This document shows positions 39,926-52,321 of a stretch of DNA of 64,000 nucleotides, piece by piece (position 1 is the stretch's first letter; the number at the start of each line of letters is the position of its first letter). The stretch spans positions 127,100,001 to 127,164,000 of the forward strand of contig NC_042999.1 in NCBI RefSeq assembly GCF_006345805.1, in the 5' to 3' direction. The position numbers and the translations under genes are program-made. The notes beneath the pieces are model-generated. The model had not been told where the DNA came from. It did not search any database and saw only the letters and a list, made by a program, of their open reading frames with translations. Source of the DNA: Octopus sinensis (Eukaryota).

Positions 39926-40129
39926 TATATCACTGGTAATTATTTTATTACTTCTCTCTTTCTCTCTCTCTTTCTCTCTCTCAACAGCAGGGTTTCAACT
40001 TGGAAGAAAGAAAGATGAAATTACATGCTGTAAGTCTTTTGGTAAGTTAGCTAATGGAAGTAGAACAATATTAACAAGCTTAGCAGGCCCTCACAGACTA
40101 GTGAGATCAATGGAGTTTGTGGTTGGTGC

Positions 40130-40425
40130 ACTATCTGAACATCTGGTGGTTGATGTCTATAGAAATGTAAGTGAGTGTAGAATTTCAGATGGTTGAAAAT
40201 ATGAGAAGGAAGGATTGTAAAAAATGTTTAGTAGGAGATTTTGATGACTGAAGCAAATACGAATGATAAGAAGAGGTGTATCAGATAGGCCTCAATGAAG
40301 AGTAGTGTATGCAGTTAACAAGTTTTGGGAATCAGAGGCCTTTATAGTCAAGATAGAAGAGACAAAGAGATGAAACACCATAACTGTGGCAGTGAATGAG
40401 TCTTTGTTAATCAGTTGAATGAACT
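40130..40425 (-). mobile_element. CR1/L2-group LINE C-terminal remnant
   Basis: Minus strand reads IQLINKDS...VSSLCLFY...SKSPTKHFLQSFL, resembling CR1/L2 ORF2 ends. Confidence 0.4.
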
Positions 40426-40462
40426 TCTTTTGTATGCATATATATATATATATATATATATA

Positions 40463-40815
40463 TTGGTAAAACGGTAAGATAACAAAAGAAAGAAAGAGAC
40501 CTCAATAGAGACATAACATAGAAAGCATGTTAGAAAACAGATAGAACATGCTTTCTATGTTATGTTCCAAGAAGATTTTATATATTTTTATATATTTTTT
40601 ATGTATTTTTATATAATTTTTATGACGAAAAATGCGAGCGATGTATAAGTACGCAGGCAAGCAGAGTTATAACACAGTAATTTCTCTTTATATAACGGTA
40701 TCTTTTCATAGCGTTTTCAAATAGCCAGATAACCGAAGAGATGGTGTTGTGGATTTCCACTTCGGCATCTGAAACTCAGAGTTTTATCTTGACTATCGAG
40801 TAATGTAACATATTA
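40463..40815 (+). mobile_element. PLE/retrozyme-like remnant with an inversion junction and a variant hammerhead
   Basis: Perfect 21-bp inverted repeat 40511-40531/40545-40565; agataa-CCGAAGA-gatg...catct-GAAAC-tcaga-GTT-ttatct at 40727-40789. Confidence 0.6.
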
Positions 40816-41040
40816 TTGTATATATATATATTGGCGTTAGGAAGGGCATCCAGCCGTAGAAACACTGCCAAATCTGACTGCACCTGATGAAGCCTTCTGG
40901 CTTCACAGACCCCAGTTAAACCGTCCAACCCATGCTAGCATGGAAAACGGACGCTAAATGATGATGATGATGATGATGATATATATATATATGGAGAGAG
41001 AGAGTGGGGGAGGAGGGAGAGAGAGAAGAGAAGAAAGGAA

Positions 41041-41320
41041 TATTTCAAATGTATTATAGCCATGAAAACAGCAGAAAGATTGGGTATTTTACTCTTATAT
41101 GACAAACACTTGTCAGCCGACAGCCATGGGACTTGAATCTGCAACCCTCAGATACTGGCTGAGTACTCTACCATTAAGCTAAACTGCCTGCTGACAACTT
41201 TTTTCCGTCTTTTTGCTGTTTCCATGGCTATAATGCATTTGAAATAATACTTTCTTGTCTGTATATTACAAAACACATTCAATGCTTCCAAAAACATAAA
41301 AACAAAATTTGTTTACAATA
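41041..41320 (-). mobile_element. tRNA-Thr(AGT)-like element with inverted arms, same family as 6042-6454
   Basis: Arms 41041-41073/41214-41246; minus-strand cloverleaf with anticodon arm ctcag-ccAGTat-ctgag at about 41118-41189. Confidence 0.7.
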
Positions 41321-41329
41321 AGCTGTTGC

Positions 41330-41431
<102 letters not shown>

Positions 41432-42142
41432 TATATGTGTACACACACACACATTATATATATAGAACTGTATGTACATGTGTGTATGCATGTAAATGTG
41501 TCTCTGGTGTATGCACATGTATATGTATGTATAATGATAAAATCCTTGACATGAATATGTATGCAACATTTTGTAGCTCAGTACCTCTTTCACAGTACCT
41601 CTTTTACCCATACCTACTATTATTTAGTAAAATAATCAGGTATAATACCCATGTTTTTTCATAGTCTCCCAACCAGCATACTCTTTTACTCTTTTTACTT
41701 GTTTCAGTCATTTGACTGTGGCCATGCAGGAGCACCGCCTTTAGTCGAACAAATCGACCCCAGGACTTATTCTATCGGTTTCTTTTGCTGAACTGCTAAG
41801 TTATGGGGATGTAAACACACCAGCATCAGTTGTTAAGCAACGTTGGGGGAACAATGAAATCATAGTCATGTTCAGTGCTGGTAAAAGGCAACTGTGCTGG
41901 GAACATGTAAAAGGCACCTGTGCTGGTGATATATAAAAGGTATCCCTGCCAGTGACATGTAAAAAGCACCCACTACACTCTGTGGAGTGGTTGGTGCTAG
42001 GAAGGTCATCCAGCCATAGAAACCAAGCCAAAACAGACTGGAGCCTGGTGCAGCTCTCTGGCTTACCTGTTCCAAACAAATTGTCTAAACCCATGCCAGC
42101 ATGGAAAACATGGAGAACAGACGCCAAATAATGATGATGATA

Positions 42143-42199
<57 letters not shown>

Positions 42200-42930
42200 T
42201 ACGCTTGTGTGTATAGATTTATGTGTGTGTCTTCATGTTTATGTTTGTCCCCTACCACCACTTGCCAACTAGTGTTGGTTTGTTTATGTCTCCATAACTT
42301 ATCAGATTGGTAAAGCATCCAATAGAATAAGTATAAAATTTTAACATATAAACACTGAGGTCGATTTGCTCGACTAAACCCTTCAAGGCAGTGCTCCAGC
42401 ATGACTGCAGTTCAATGACTGGAACAAGTAAAACCTAAAAGATTACTGCCAATAATTCTTATTTATGTTTGAAATAATTTGGTTCACATTATTATTTCTT
42501 GTATTATTTTTATCCATGTAGAAAAATTTCTCTATTTATTTTTCAAGATTGTATTCTCATTTTTAGCTTTTCTCCTCTTCCAGGAATATATTTGTATCAA
42601 ATTATTTTTATGTTGAGATCTGCAGACATAAGTAAGAGATAGACAGGTGGCTTTCATGTTATCAAATCTGAGTTTAGCTTAGAGCTTTGAAGAATACACT
42701 TGGGTAATCACAAAATATCATGCCAGCTAAAGAACTAGTAGTGCAGCAAAACATCGTCTGGAACTCTGCAGTTTCAAAACTAGTTCAACTAGAATCCTAT
42801 GAAATCAGAAGTTTGAAAATAGTTTTATCTTGATTGTTTTCTTACTGCTATGATTTCTGGTGGGAATGGAGTTGTGTGAGTGTGTGTGTGTGTGTGTATA
42901 CATACAAACACATGCACACCTATATATGTG

Positions 42931-42982
<52 letters not shown>

Positions 42983-42988
42983 CGCACA

Positions 42989-43032
<44 letters not shown>

Positions 43033-43054
43033 CATACATATATACACACATACC

Positions 43055-43287
43055 TATTTCTTTATTGCCCACAGGGAGCTAAACATAGAGGGGACAAACA
43101 AGGACAGACAAAGGGATTAAGTTTATTACATCAATCCCCAGTGCGTAGCTGGTATTTATTTAATCGACCCTGAAAGGATGAAAGGCAAAGTCAACCTCAG
43201 CGGAATTTGAACTCAGAACGTTACGGCAGACGAAATACCACTAAGCATTTTGCTCGGCGTGCTAACATTTCTGCTAGCTTGCCGCCC
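43055..43287 (-). mobile_element. Young full-length SINE family C (Nin-domain-like)
   Basis: Reverse complement ggcggcaagctagcagaaatg...gagttcaaattccgctgaggttgactttgcctttcatcctttc...ctgtgggcaataaagaaata. Confidence 0.85.
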
Positions 43288-43290
43288 TAC

Positions 43291-43324
<34 letters not shown>

Positions 43325-43392
43325 TCTCTCTCTCTCTAAATATATATAATATTTGTATATAAATATACATAGATACATATACATACTTCATA

Positions 43393-43502
<110 letters not shown>

Positions 43503-45109
43503 CTTAGTGTCATTATTGTATAACATTCATCTTCCACTCTGACATGGGTTGGATGATTTGACAGGATCTGACAAGACAGAGAATTGCATCAAGCTCATAT
43601 GTCTGTTTTGCTAAGGTTTCTACAGCTGGATGCCTTTCCATACACTAACCACTCTACAGAGTGTAAAGGGTGTTTTTTATGTTGCACCAGCACTAGTGAG
43701 GTTACCAAGTAACTTGCAAGACAGAACTCCTTGCTTGAGTGGTTGTATAGTATTCAGTGGGGTGGCCTTATACTAGGTGGCAGCAGGATAAGGTATGATA
43801 GAAATAGAGAAAATATGAATGTAGTTTATCTTTTATCTTTTACTTGTTTCTGTAAGTCGATTGTGGCCATGTTGGGGCACCAACTGGAAGAATTTTTAGT
43901 CATAAGAATAACTCCAATACTCATTTTTTTTTCTTCAGCCTGGTATTTATTTGCCTGGTACTCAGTTGCTTTTGCCACACCACAAAAATATGGGGGCATA
44001 AACACATCAACACCAGTTGTCAAGTGATAAACATGAAAACACACACACATATGTACATGACTGGCTTTTTTCAGTTTCCATCTACCAGATCCGCTCACAA
44101 TGCTTTGGTCAACCTGAGGTTATAGTAGAAGACACTTGTCCAATGTGCTCTTCAGTGGGACTGAACATAGAACTGTGTGGTTGGGAAACAAGCTTCTTAC
44201 CACACAGCCATACCTGTGCCTGTGGAATTTGTGGAAGAATGTGAAGGAAAGGGGAATGGGTGAAGGAGAAGAAGGTAATTGGTGACAGTATAATAAAAGC
44301 ATAGATAGAAGAGAAGTTGTGAGATGATGTGAAGTGTGGAGAGGTGAGAGATTGATGTACAGTGATAGAAACAAGGGTCTGAGGTATGTAGGGGTGGATA
44401 TAGTAAGTGATGAATAAAGGTGGTAGAGAGTGTTGGTGACAGATATGAGAGGCTATTCAGGAAAAAGAGGCGTTCAATAGAAAATAAAGTGGTAAGAGAT
44501 GAAATTGAGGATGGATGACAAAAGGAAAAGAGGGATAATTGGTGTCACAAGATAGATGGATAAAATGTATGTAGTTCTGTTCTCCCATAATTACATCAGA
44601 TGAGTAAATAGTGGTGTAGTCAAAAGAGTGAGTGGGGTGTTAAAAAGACAAGTTGTGGGGATGCTTTGACAGAGATAGATTAGATGTTGGGGTATAGATA
44701 TACTGCTACACGAGCACTTTGTCAGCTATAATGATGAGGGTTCCAACTGATCGCTCAATGGAGCAGCCTGCCCATGAAATTAACATGCATCTTGCTGAGC
44801 ACTCTACTGACATGTGTAACCTTAATGTAGTTCACATGGAGGTTCAGTGTGACACAAAGTGTGACAAGGCTGGTCTTTTGAAATACAGGTACAACTCATT
44901 TTTGTCAGCTGAGTGGACTGGAGCAACATGAAATAAACTATCTTGCTCAAGGACACAACATGCATCTGGGAATTGAACTCATAACCTTATGATTGTGAGC
45001 TACATACCCCAACCACTAAGCCACGTGCCTTCACACAGACATAAACATGTTTTTAGGATATACTTTTTGCTTGGATAGATGGGTTTTTCAAAGCAGAGAA
45101 AATCATCAA

Positions 45110-45965
45110 TCATTTCAGTCTTTTGTCATCTTCATGAAGTTCAACATCCTAAGATCGGTTTTTGCTACATCAGCCCATGTCTTCCTGGGTCTCCCCCTTC
45201 CACAGGTTCCATCCACATTTAGTGATTGATACTTCTTTATACAGCTGTCCTCATCCATATGTATCACATAACCATTTCAGCACTTCTCTCTTGCACACTA
45301 GATCTGATACCTCTTGCACCCAGTTTTTCTCTCAACATACTTGCACTTTGTCATGCATACACATTGACATTACCCATCCAGTGGAATATGCTAGTTTCAT
45401 TTCTTTTTTTCTTTCTAGTTTTTGCATATCCTCTCCATTATGGGCCCACATCTCACTAGCATTGCTGTTTGTACACAAGCCTCATACAATCTGCTTTTCC
45501 CTTTGAGAGAGAAGCCTTTTGTTCCCAACAGAGGTAATAGCTCTCTGAACCTTCTTATTCTCTCAGCTATGCTTTCAGAACATCACCCACCACTACAAAT
45601 TAGGTCACCTAGGTAACAGAAACTATCTACTATATCTAAGGATCCTCCTGGGCATTCAAGAAAATCTGTTTGCTGTGTGTTCTCAGTATTTATTGCTCCT
45701 GCACATTTACCACAAACAAATTCTACTTTCTTTGTTAACCTTCCTGTAATTCCTTTGTACCTCTTATGTGTTTGCACTGGGAACACTGTAATTTCTTCTT
45801 ACGCCTTTTTCTGCATATCAAGCAGAACCATTTTCCTGAAGGGATTAGTATCATATCTGTTTTCCAGCTTACTAAAACTTTGGTCTTTGCAAAGTTAACT
45901 TTAAAAACCCTTTGATTCCAAGTTTTACTGCCACACCTTCTATTTCTTTTCTAATTCTACTACAG
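45110..45965 (-). mobile_element. Old RTE fragment
   Basis: THKRYKGITGRLTKKVEFVCGKCAGAINTE...DSFCYLGDLICSGG. Confidence 0.8.
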
Positions 45966-46399
45966 ATACAACTCTCCCATCAGTATCACTACCATCATCA
46001 TCATCATCACCATCATTGTCATTATCATTATCATCAACGTCATCGTCGTCGTTGTCACCATCATTATCATTAGAGTCATCATCGTCGTCGTCGTCATCAT
46101 TATCATCATCATCATCATCATTGTTATCATCATCATAATAATTTAATGTCTAGTTTTCCATGCTTGTATGGAGCAGAGAGAATTTGTTGAAGCAGATTTT
46201 CTACAGCTGTTTCTGCTCCTGGTGCCAGCCCATACTTGTTTCAAAGCAAGGTTTATATTTCTCCATGTTTTTTTTTTTTTAAATAAGACTGGAAACAAAT
46301 ACAACCTTACTTCTATGATGATAATAAGCATTTACAACCATCATGTGATGTCGAGACAAGAGCACACACAAAACACACACATTCACACACACACACACA

Positions 46400-47672
46400 C
46401 ATGTGAAATGTCTGATTTTGAACTGAAAGTTTATTTTACTTTATTTTAATGAAAAGCAATGCAGTTAATCAAAGTATGCACCTAAATTATCGACACAATT
46501 TTGCCATTTTATCAGTAGCTTATTTATGCTGGCAGTGAATAATTCTGGAGAGCAAGAGGAGATGAAATCACGAAAGCTATTTTTGCATCTTCTTCAGATT
46601 TGAAGTCTTTCCCTGGCAAAAAGTTGTCTAATGCCTGGAAAATGTGATAGTCAGTTGGTGCAAGGTCTGGTGAATATAGTGGATGACAGAGTACTTTCAC
46701 GTTCAGTTCCTGTAACTCGAGTAGCCTTCTTTGTGCAACAGGTGGTCGAGCATTGTCTTGCAAGAGAATTGGCCTGTCTCTACTGACCAATCTCAGTTGT
46801 TTAATTGCAAGTTCACTCATCATTTTATCCAGTTGGTTGATGTATACATCTACTGTAATTGACTTACCAGGTCTCATGAAGCTGTAGTGGATGACACCAT
46901 CACTGGATCACCAAACAGACGCCATTAGCTTTTTTTGGTGAATATTTTTTTTTGGATTATGTTTTGGCACTTTGTCTCTATCCAACTACCATGCAGAATG
47001 CTCGCTATTGTTGAAAAGAATCCATTTTTCATCACATGTAACAATACGATGCAAAAATTGTTTGCTTTTATGCTGTGACAGCAAAGAACAGCAAGTTTCA
47101 AGACAACGTGTCATTTGATGATCTTTCAGTTCATGTGGTACCCACTTGTCCAGCTTCTTTACTTTGCCAATTTGTTTCAGATGGTTCAATACAGTTGGAA
47201 TCCAGAATTCAAACCTTACTGCTAACTCACGCATAGTTTGAAATGTATCCACTGCCACTACAGTTTCCAGCTCATTATTATCCACCTTGGTCTCAGGTCT
47301 ACCATGGGGCTGATTTTCAAGAGTAAAGTCACCAGACTGGAACTTCTCAAACCATCGACGTGCAGTGTGCTCATTCGCCACATCTTTCCCAAACACCTCA
47401 TTGATGTTTTGATCTGTCTGGGATGCATTAGTTCCATGATGGAAATCATATTTATAAACAATATGAAATTTTGATCTATTCATGAGTTCACAAAAATTGA
47501 TTTACAAGAGAAAACTCACAATATAAACAGATACCATGAATTGCATTTCGAAAAGTGATGATGTAACTCTTCAATGTTGTAAAACAAAGAATTGTCAGGA
47601 TAAAACATTAGAGTTAACAACTATCAAACTTGATATATAAGAAAATTGGACATTTCATTCTTAATGACCATA
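46400..47672 (-). mobile_element. Near full-length decayed mariner (DD34D), related to 28510-29782
   Basis: ORFs 46986-47483 (KWVPHEL, TCDEKW) and 46524-46877 (LQDNARP...YSPDLAPTD). Confidence 0.9.
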
Positions 47673-48519
47673 CACACACACACACACACACACACACCAC
47701 ACACACACACATATATATATATATATTCACACATACAGGCTTGTCTTTTCAGGTGGTGATGTCACATAAAAAGCACCCATGTCAGTGTTGTGTAAACACA
47801 CCTGTGCCAGTGCTGCATGTCAAACCATCCAACCTATGTCGGCATGGAAAATGGGAAACAGATGCCAAATGATGATGATGATTATAATATACATACATAC
47901 ATATGTGTGTGTGTGTGTGTGTGACTATTTATTTACTTATTTTCAGTGTTGACAGTATTCTTTGAAGTTTCACCAATACTGGCTTCTTAAAATATATTTA
48001 AGTTGCTAATGTCCAAAGAAATTCAAAGTAAACTGTTACCAGAGGCAATAAATATTATTTTGATTCTACAATCAATACTGAGTTCTTCATTCAGTGCATT
48101 TTTGTGTGTGTAAGTACAGCTAACCATCATTCAGAATTAAATATTATTTGGTAGTAATTCTCATGCTTCCTCTAATTATTTTAGGTGCATACATAATCAA
48201 CAGGTAGACATAGATATCCTCTTAGCCCTCTCACTTTTGGTCAAACAGAATATTAAACATATGATATCTGGAGAGTGAGAGGGAACTGCACTGGCACTTA
48301 GCATGTATTCCATTTCAGGAGAGTAGATTGACCAAAGCAACATGAAATGAAAGGCACAAAGCACTGCCTGGTCCAGGAATAGAATCCCAGAACCTAATAA
48401 TCATGTACTTAAGTACCATCAAGGTCTCGGGTTCATACATAAGCATACAAACCTACAATTATATATACATATAGTGGTAGTATATTGGAATGTACAAATA
48501 GTAGACTACATCAAATGCC

Positions 48520-48830
48520 TAGGGGGATATCTAGAAGTGGTAAATAGCTTCCATTACCTAGATGACCAAATCAGCAGTGGAGGAGGATGCTCTGAAAGTG
48601 TAGCTGCTAGAATAAGCTCGGGCTGGGAAAAGTTCAGATAGAGGCCACCTTTGTTGGTAACAAAGCGCCTCTCCATCAGAGTGAAAGGCTGATTGTATGA
48701 TGCTTGTGTGAGAACAACCATGCTACATGGCAGTGCAACATGGGTTGTGACTGCAGAGGACATGCAAAGGCTTGAAAGAAATGAAGCTGGATGTTCAATG
48801 TCAGTGTGCACATACAACAGAGTGTAAATG
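48520..48830 (+). mobile_element. RTE fragment
   Basis: gatgaccaaatcagcagtggaggaggatgctctgaaagtg...atgctacatggcagtg, similar to 53640-53930. Confidence 0.75.
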
Positions 48831-48834
48831 CCTC

Positions 48835-49023
48835 TGGCTCTGTAGTACAAATGTCTTACTTTCATAAGTATTGAATTAAAATCTTCCACCAAACCTTTGT
48901 CACAATTTATGTTCCCAACACTAGCTTAATGATAACTAAGTTCTTTTACTAAATTCTTTGTTATATTTAAGATTAATTGAATGAAACACAGAGCATCTCA
49001 AAATAAATACGGTAACGAAAGGG
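48835..49023. mobile_element. piggyBac-like MITE end
   Basis: Ends ...ggtaacgaaaggg followed by TTAA. Confidence 0.45.
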
Positions 49024-49029
49024 TTAATC

Positions 49030-49686
49030 ACGTGCAGAGAGTGAATATGTGCTCTTCTTTGCTATCATGTTTCCCCAAATGAACCCTTTTTTAGACTGAA
49101 TAGTGACAAGAAATGGGTTCTCTATAAAAATGTCAAGTGTCAAACACACTGGGTAGGGAAAGGAGTAACATCGGCACCCTGGGCTGAAAAAGGTCTTCAC
49201 CCACATAAGGTGTTGTTATCTGTTTGGTGAGATATGAAGGATTTAGTCCGCTTTGAACTTTTAAACTCAAAACAAATGATAAGAAAGGAGATCTACTGTG
49301 AGCAGCTTGAGCACCTTTCATTACCAACCCAGCTGAAACCAGCTCCGGTTCTGAGTACAAATGTCTTGTATGGGAAACGATGCTCCACCCGCCATATTCA
49401 CCAGACATTGCCTCATCTGATTATCATTTATTGTGTAGTTTTTAAAATCATTTGGACAAAAAAATATGAATTTCTGTAGACAAGGTTAGAACAGTAGTGG
49501 AGAAGTATTTTTTGTCACGGACAAGTGAATTTTGGAAGAGAGGCCTTGCAAGTCTACCAAATAAGTAGAAGAACATTGTAGAAAATGGAGGAGAGAATAT
49601 TTTAGATTAAAAAAGAGCTTTGTTTATCTTAAGTTTGAAAAATAAAGCAAGTATAAAAGCCGCATTATTTATGGGATGACCCAATA
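49030..49686 (+). mobile_element. Decayed mariner 3' half with right TIR
   Basis: FLD*IVT.., HPPYSPDIASSDY motif (caccgccatattcaccagacattgcctcatctgattat); TIR-like cattattttatgggatgacccaata. Confidence 0.75.
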
Positions 49687-50545
49687 TATAATTATCAAAG
49701 GAATACTGATGTTCCAGAGAAAAATATTTATTACTTTAAAATGGAATTTAAAAAAAGAACAAAATACTCATTTGTATAACTCCTCCCACAACTACACTAT
49801 TATTTCCTCCTCCTCTGTCTATATGATTTTTTCTCTCACTGCATGTGTAGCATTTCTTTTACTCATTGCTTACCACCAAGCCTAGCATGTGCATTCATCC
49901 TGCATCTCTTATGGTAACTCTTTCTATCTCTGTCTCTGTCTCTCTCTCTCTCTCTTTCTCTCTACAATGTAAGGTGTAATTGGAAAAATCAACCAACCAA
50001 CATTTTTACCTGCTATGTCATATGGAAATAAGGAAGAAAGCAGCAATAAAATCTCTCACATTGTAGCAATTATACTTCCTGATAAACAGCTGTCTATCAG
50101 AGAATTTAATTGCAAGAATTCACAAAGACTCATGGTGATTTGTGCTTGAAAGTGTCAGATCTGTCATAAGCAAAAATTTAAGATATTGCTACTGTAAATA
50201 AAAACAGACAAATCACTGTCACATTATTGAGTCTTTTGATTTCATTGTCTTAAAGAATATAATGACAACATCATTAAAATAAATATCAACTGTCTGAAAT
50301 CAAGGACTGGAGTACTAGAAATGAGTTAAGAGAATAATACTTCAAGCAAATAATTTCTTTTTCTGGCTGTTGTGATGAGAGTCATGATACTCCCTTGTAA
50401 GAAATGACTGAACCAAGCAATTATAAATAGTAGTGGTCAGAGTGAAGTTTGTATGTTTGTTTTAGTTGAGTTCACAATGAAGTCAGTTGGTTAGTGTGTT
50501 TGGAATATAGATTGTTGGTTTGTGAAGAGATTGTTGGATCGTTAC

Positions 50546-51356
50546 TGTTGTGGCAGATGCCCCCAGGTGAGAATGGGCTGATTTATAGCTCACACAGCCA
50601 CTGATGTGTAGTAGCAGGACATAACAGTGGCAATGAGGATACCTCCCATTGTATAACTGTCGCTATAACAATGGTAACAAGGTTACAAATGCTTGTAGGA
50701 GTGCCAAAATGGAACACCTATGTTCAAGAACAATGACAGAAAGTTTGAAGGATTTGAACTCTAACACAGAACTGAACTACACATGGTGAAAATTAATATA
50801 CACACAGTGAAAAATATATCTAAATAAAAAGATTCTGAAGAAAAAAAATGCCTGATATATCTGGAACTCTGCACAGAACTGAACTACATATGGTGAAAAA
50901 TAATAATAATAATGATGACGATGACGACGAGTCCATTTGAAAGATTTTTTAAGTCAGGTCGCTCTATGTAGTAGTGCTACCAGTAATAATGTAGACTTGG
51001 TACTACCTGTGGCATTTTGAAAGAGAAAAAAAATAAATATTTAATTCTGTGTGGAATGAGAAAAAATCTAAATAAGAAAAAAATAATTCTAGTTAAAAGA
51101 AAAAGTAATGAAAAAATATGTTGTGTTGAAAAAAAAAATCTCAAAGCGGGGAGGTGTTGTGGCAGACGTCTCCAGGTAAGAAGTGGGCTAGTCCACTACT
51201 AATAAATTGGGGACTGACACAGTTAGTAATGTCAGCCAGTGAGGTACGCTGTTCAGGCCAGTCCCGTAGGGATGATGAAACGCATTGTCATAATGCAGGA
51301 CATAACAGTTACATTGTTATTGTAACTGCATCATTATCTTGTTTACTGCTACAAGA
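50546..51356 (+). mobile_element. Putative small non-autonomous LTR element (TRIM-like), decayed
   Basis: TG...CA unit at 50546-50670, followed by TGGTAACAAGG (PBS-like); purine tract aaagcggggagg immediately precedes a second tgttgtggcaga at 51155; shared gcaggacataacagt. No TSD seen. Confidence 0.45.
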
Positions 51357-51775
51357 CTGGTACAGTGTATTTAAACCATCCATCACAATATTGTGGCAGT
51401 GCCATGATATTGGAGAGAGATGGAGGATACAACGCTGGCACTGTCTGTTATGATGAGGCTTCTAACTGATCTGGTCAATGAAATAGCCTGATTGTGAAAT
51501 TAATGCACAAGTGGTAGTTCTCAGGAAGATTCAGTGTGACACAGAATGTGAAAAGGGCTGACCATTTAAATTACAGGTACGATGCAGTTGTGCCAGCTGA
51601 GTGGACTGGGGCAATGTGAAATAAAATACCTTTGCTCAAGTACATAATGCACCACTGAGAATTGAACTGATAACCTTATGATCTTGAGTCAAATACCCTA
51701 ACCACAGCACAAACACTACTTTCTAAATGCTTACCATAGCACAAGTAAAATATTATGCCATAAGTAAAAGCTGTC

Positions 51776-52110
51776 AAGGTGCATGGCTTAGTGGTTAGAG
51801 CATCGAGCTTATAATCGTGAGGTTGTGAGCTCGAAGCCCAGACCGGTCTGCGTGTTGTGTTCTTGAGCAAGACACTTTATTTCACGTTGCTCCAGTTCAC
51901 TCATCTGTAGAAATGAGTTGCGATGTCACAGGTGCCAAGCTGTATCGGCCTTTGCTCTTCCCTTGGATAACACTGGTGGCGTGGAGAGGGGAGGCCGGTA
52001 TGCATAGGCGACTGCTGGTCTTCCATAAACAACCTTGCCTGGCTTCGTGCCTCAAAGGGTAACATTCTAGCTGCAATCCCATGGTCTGTGTCGTGACCGA
52101 AGGGGGTCTC
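51776..52110 (+). mobile_element. Young tRNA-derived SINE family A
   Basis: aaggtgcatggcttagtggttagagc...gttgtgttcttgagcaagacacttt...ccgaagggggtct. Confidence 0.85.
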
Positions 52111-52321
52111 AGAAAGTAAAAGCAAAGCTCTGCTTGAAAAATAATTGTTATTTCTTCTGCATATAGTGCATTGACATACTTCAATTTCTGGATTTTACTC
52201 TGGGACAGAAAGTTGATATTTCTGAAAAAGACTGAAGTCCAAGCAATTTTTATTAAAAGAACTATCTCAGAAAGTCTGAAGAAACTGTACTTCTGATTAA
52301 CATGCAAGCAGCATATTATTT

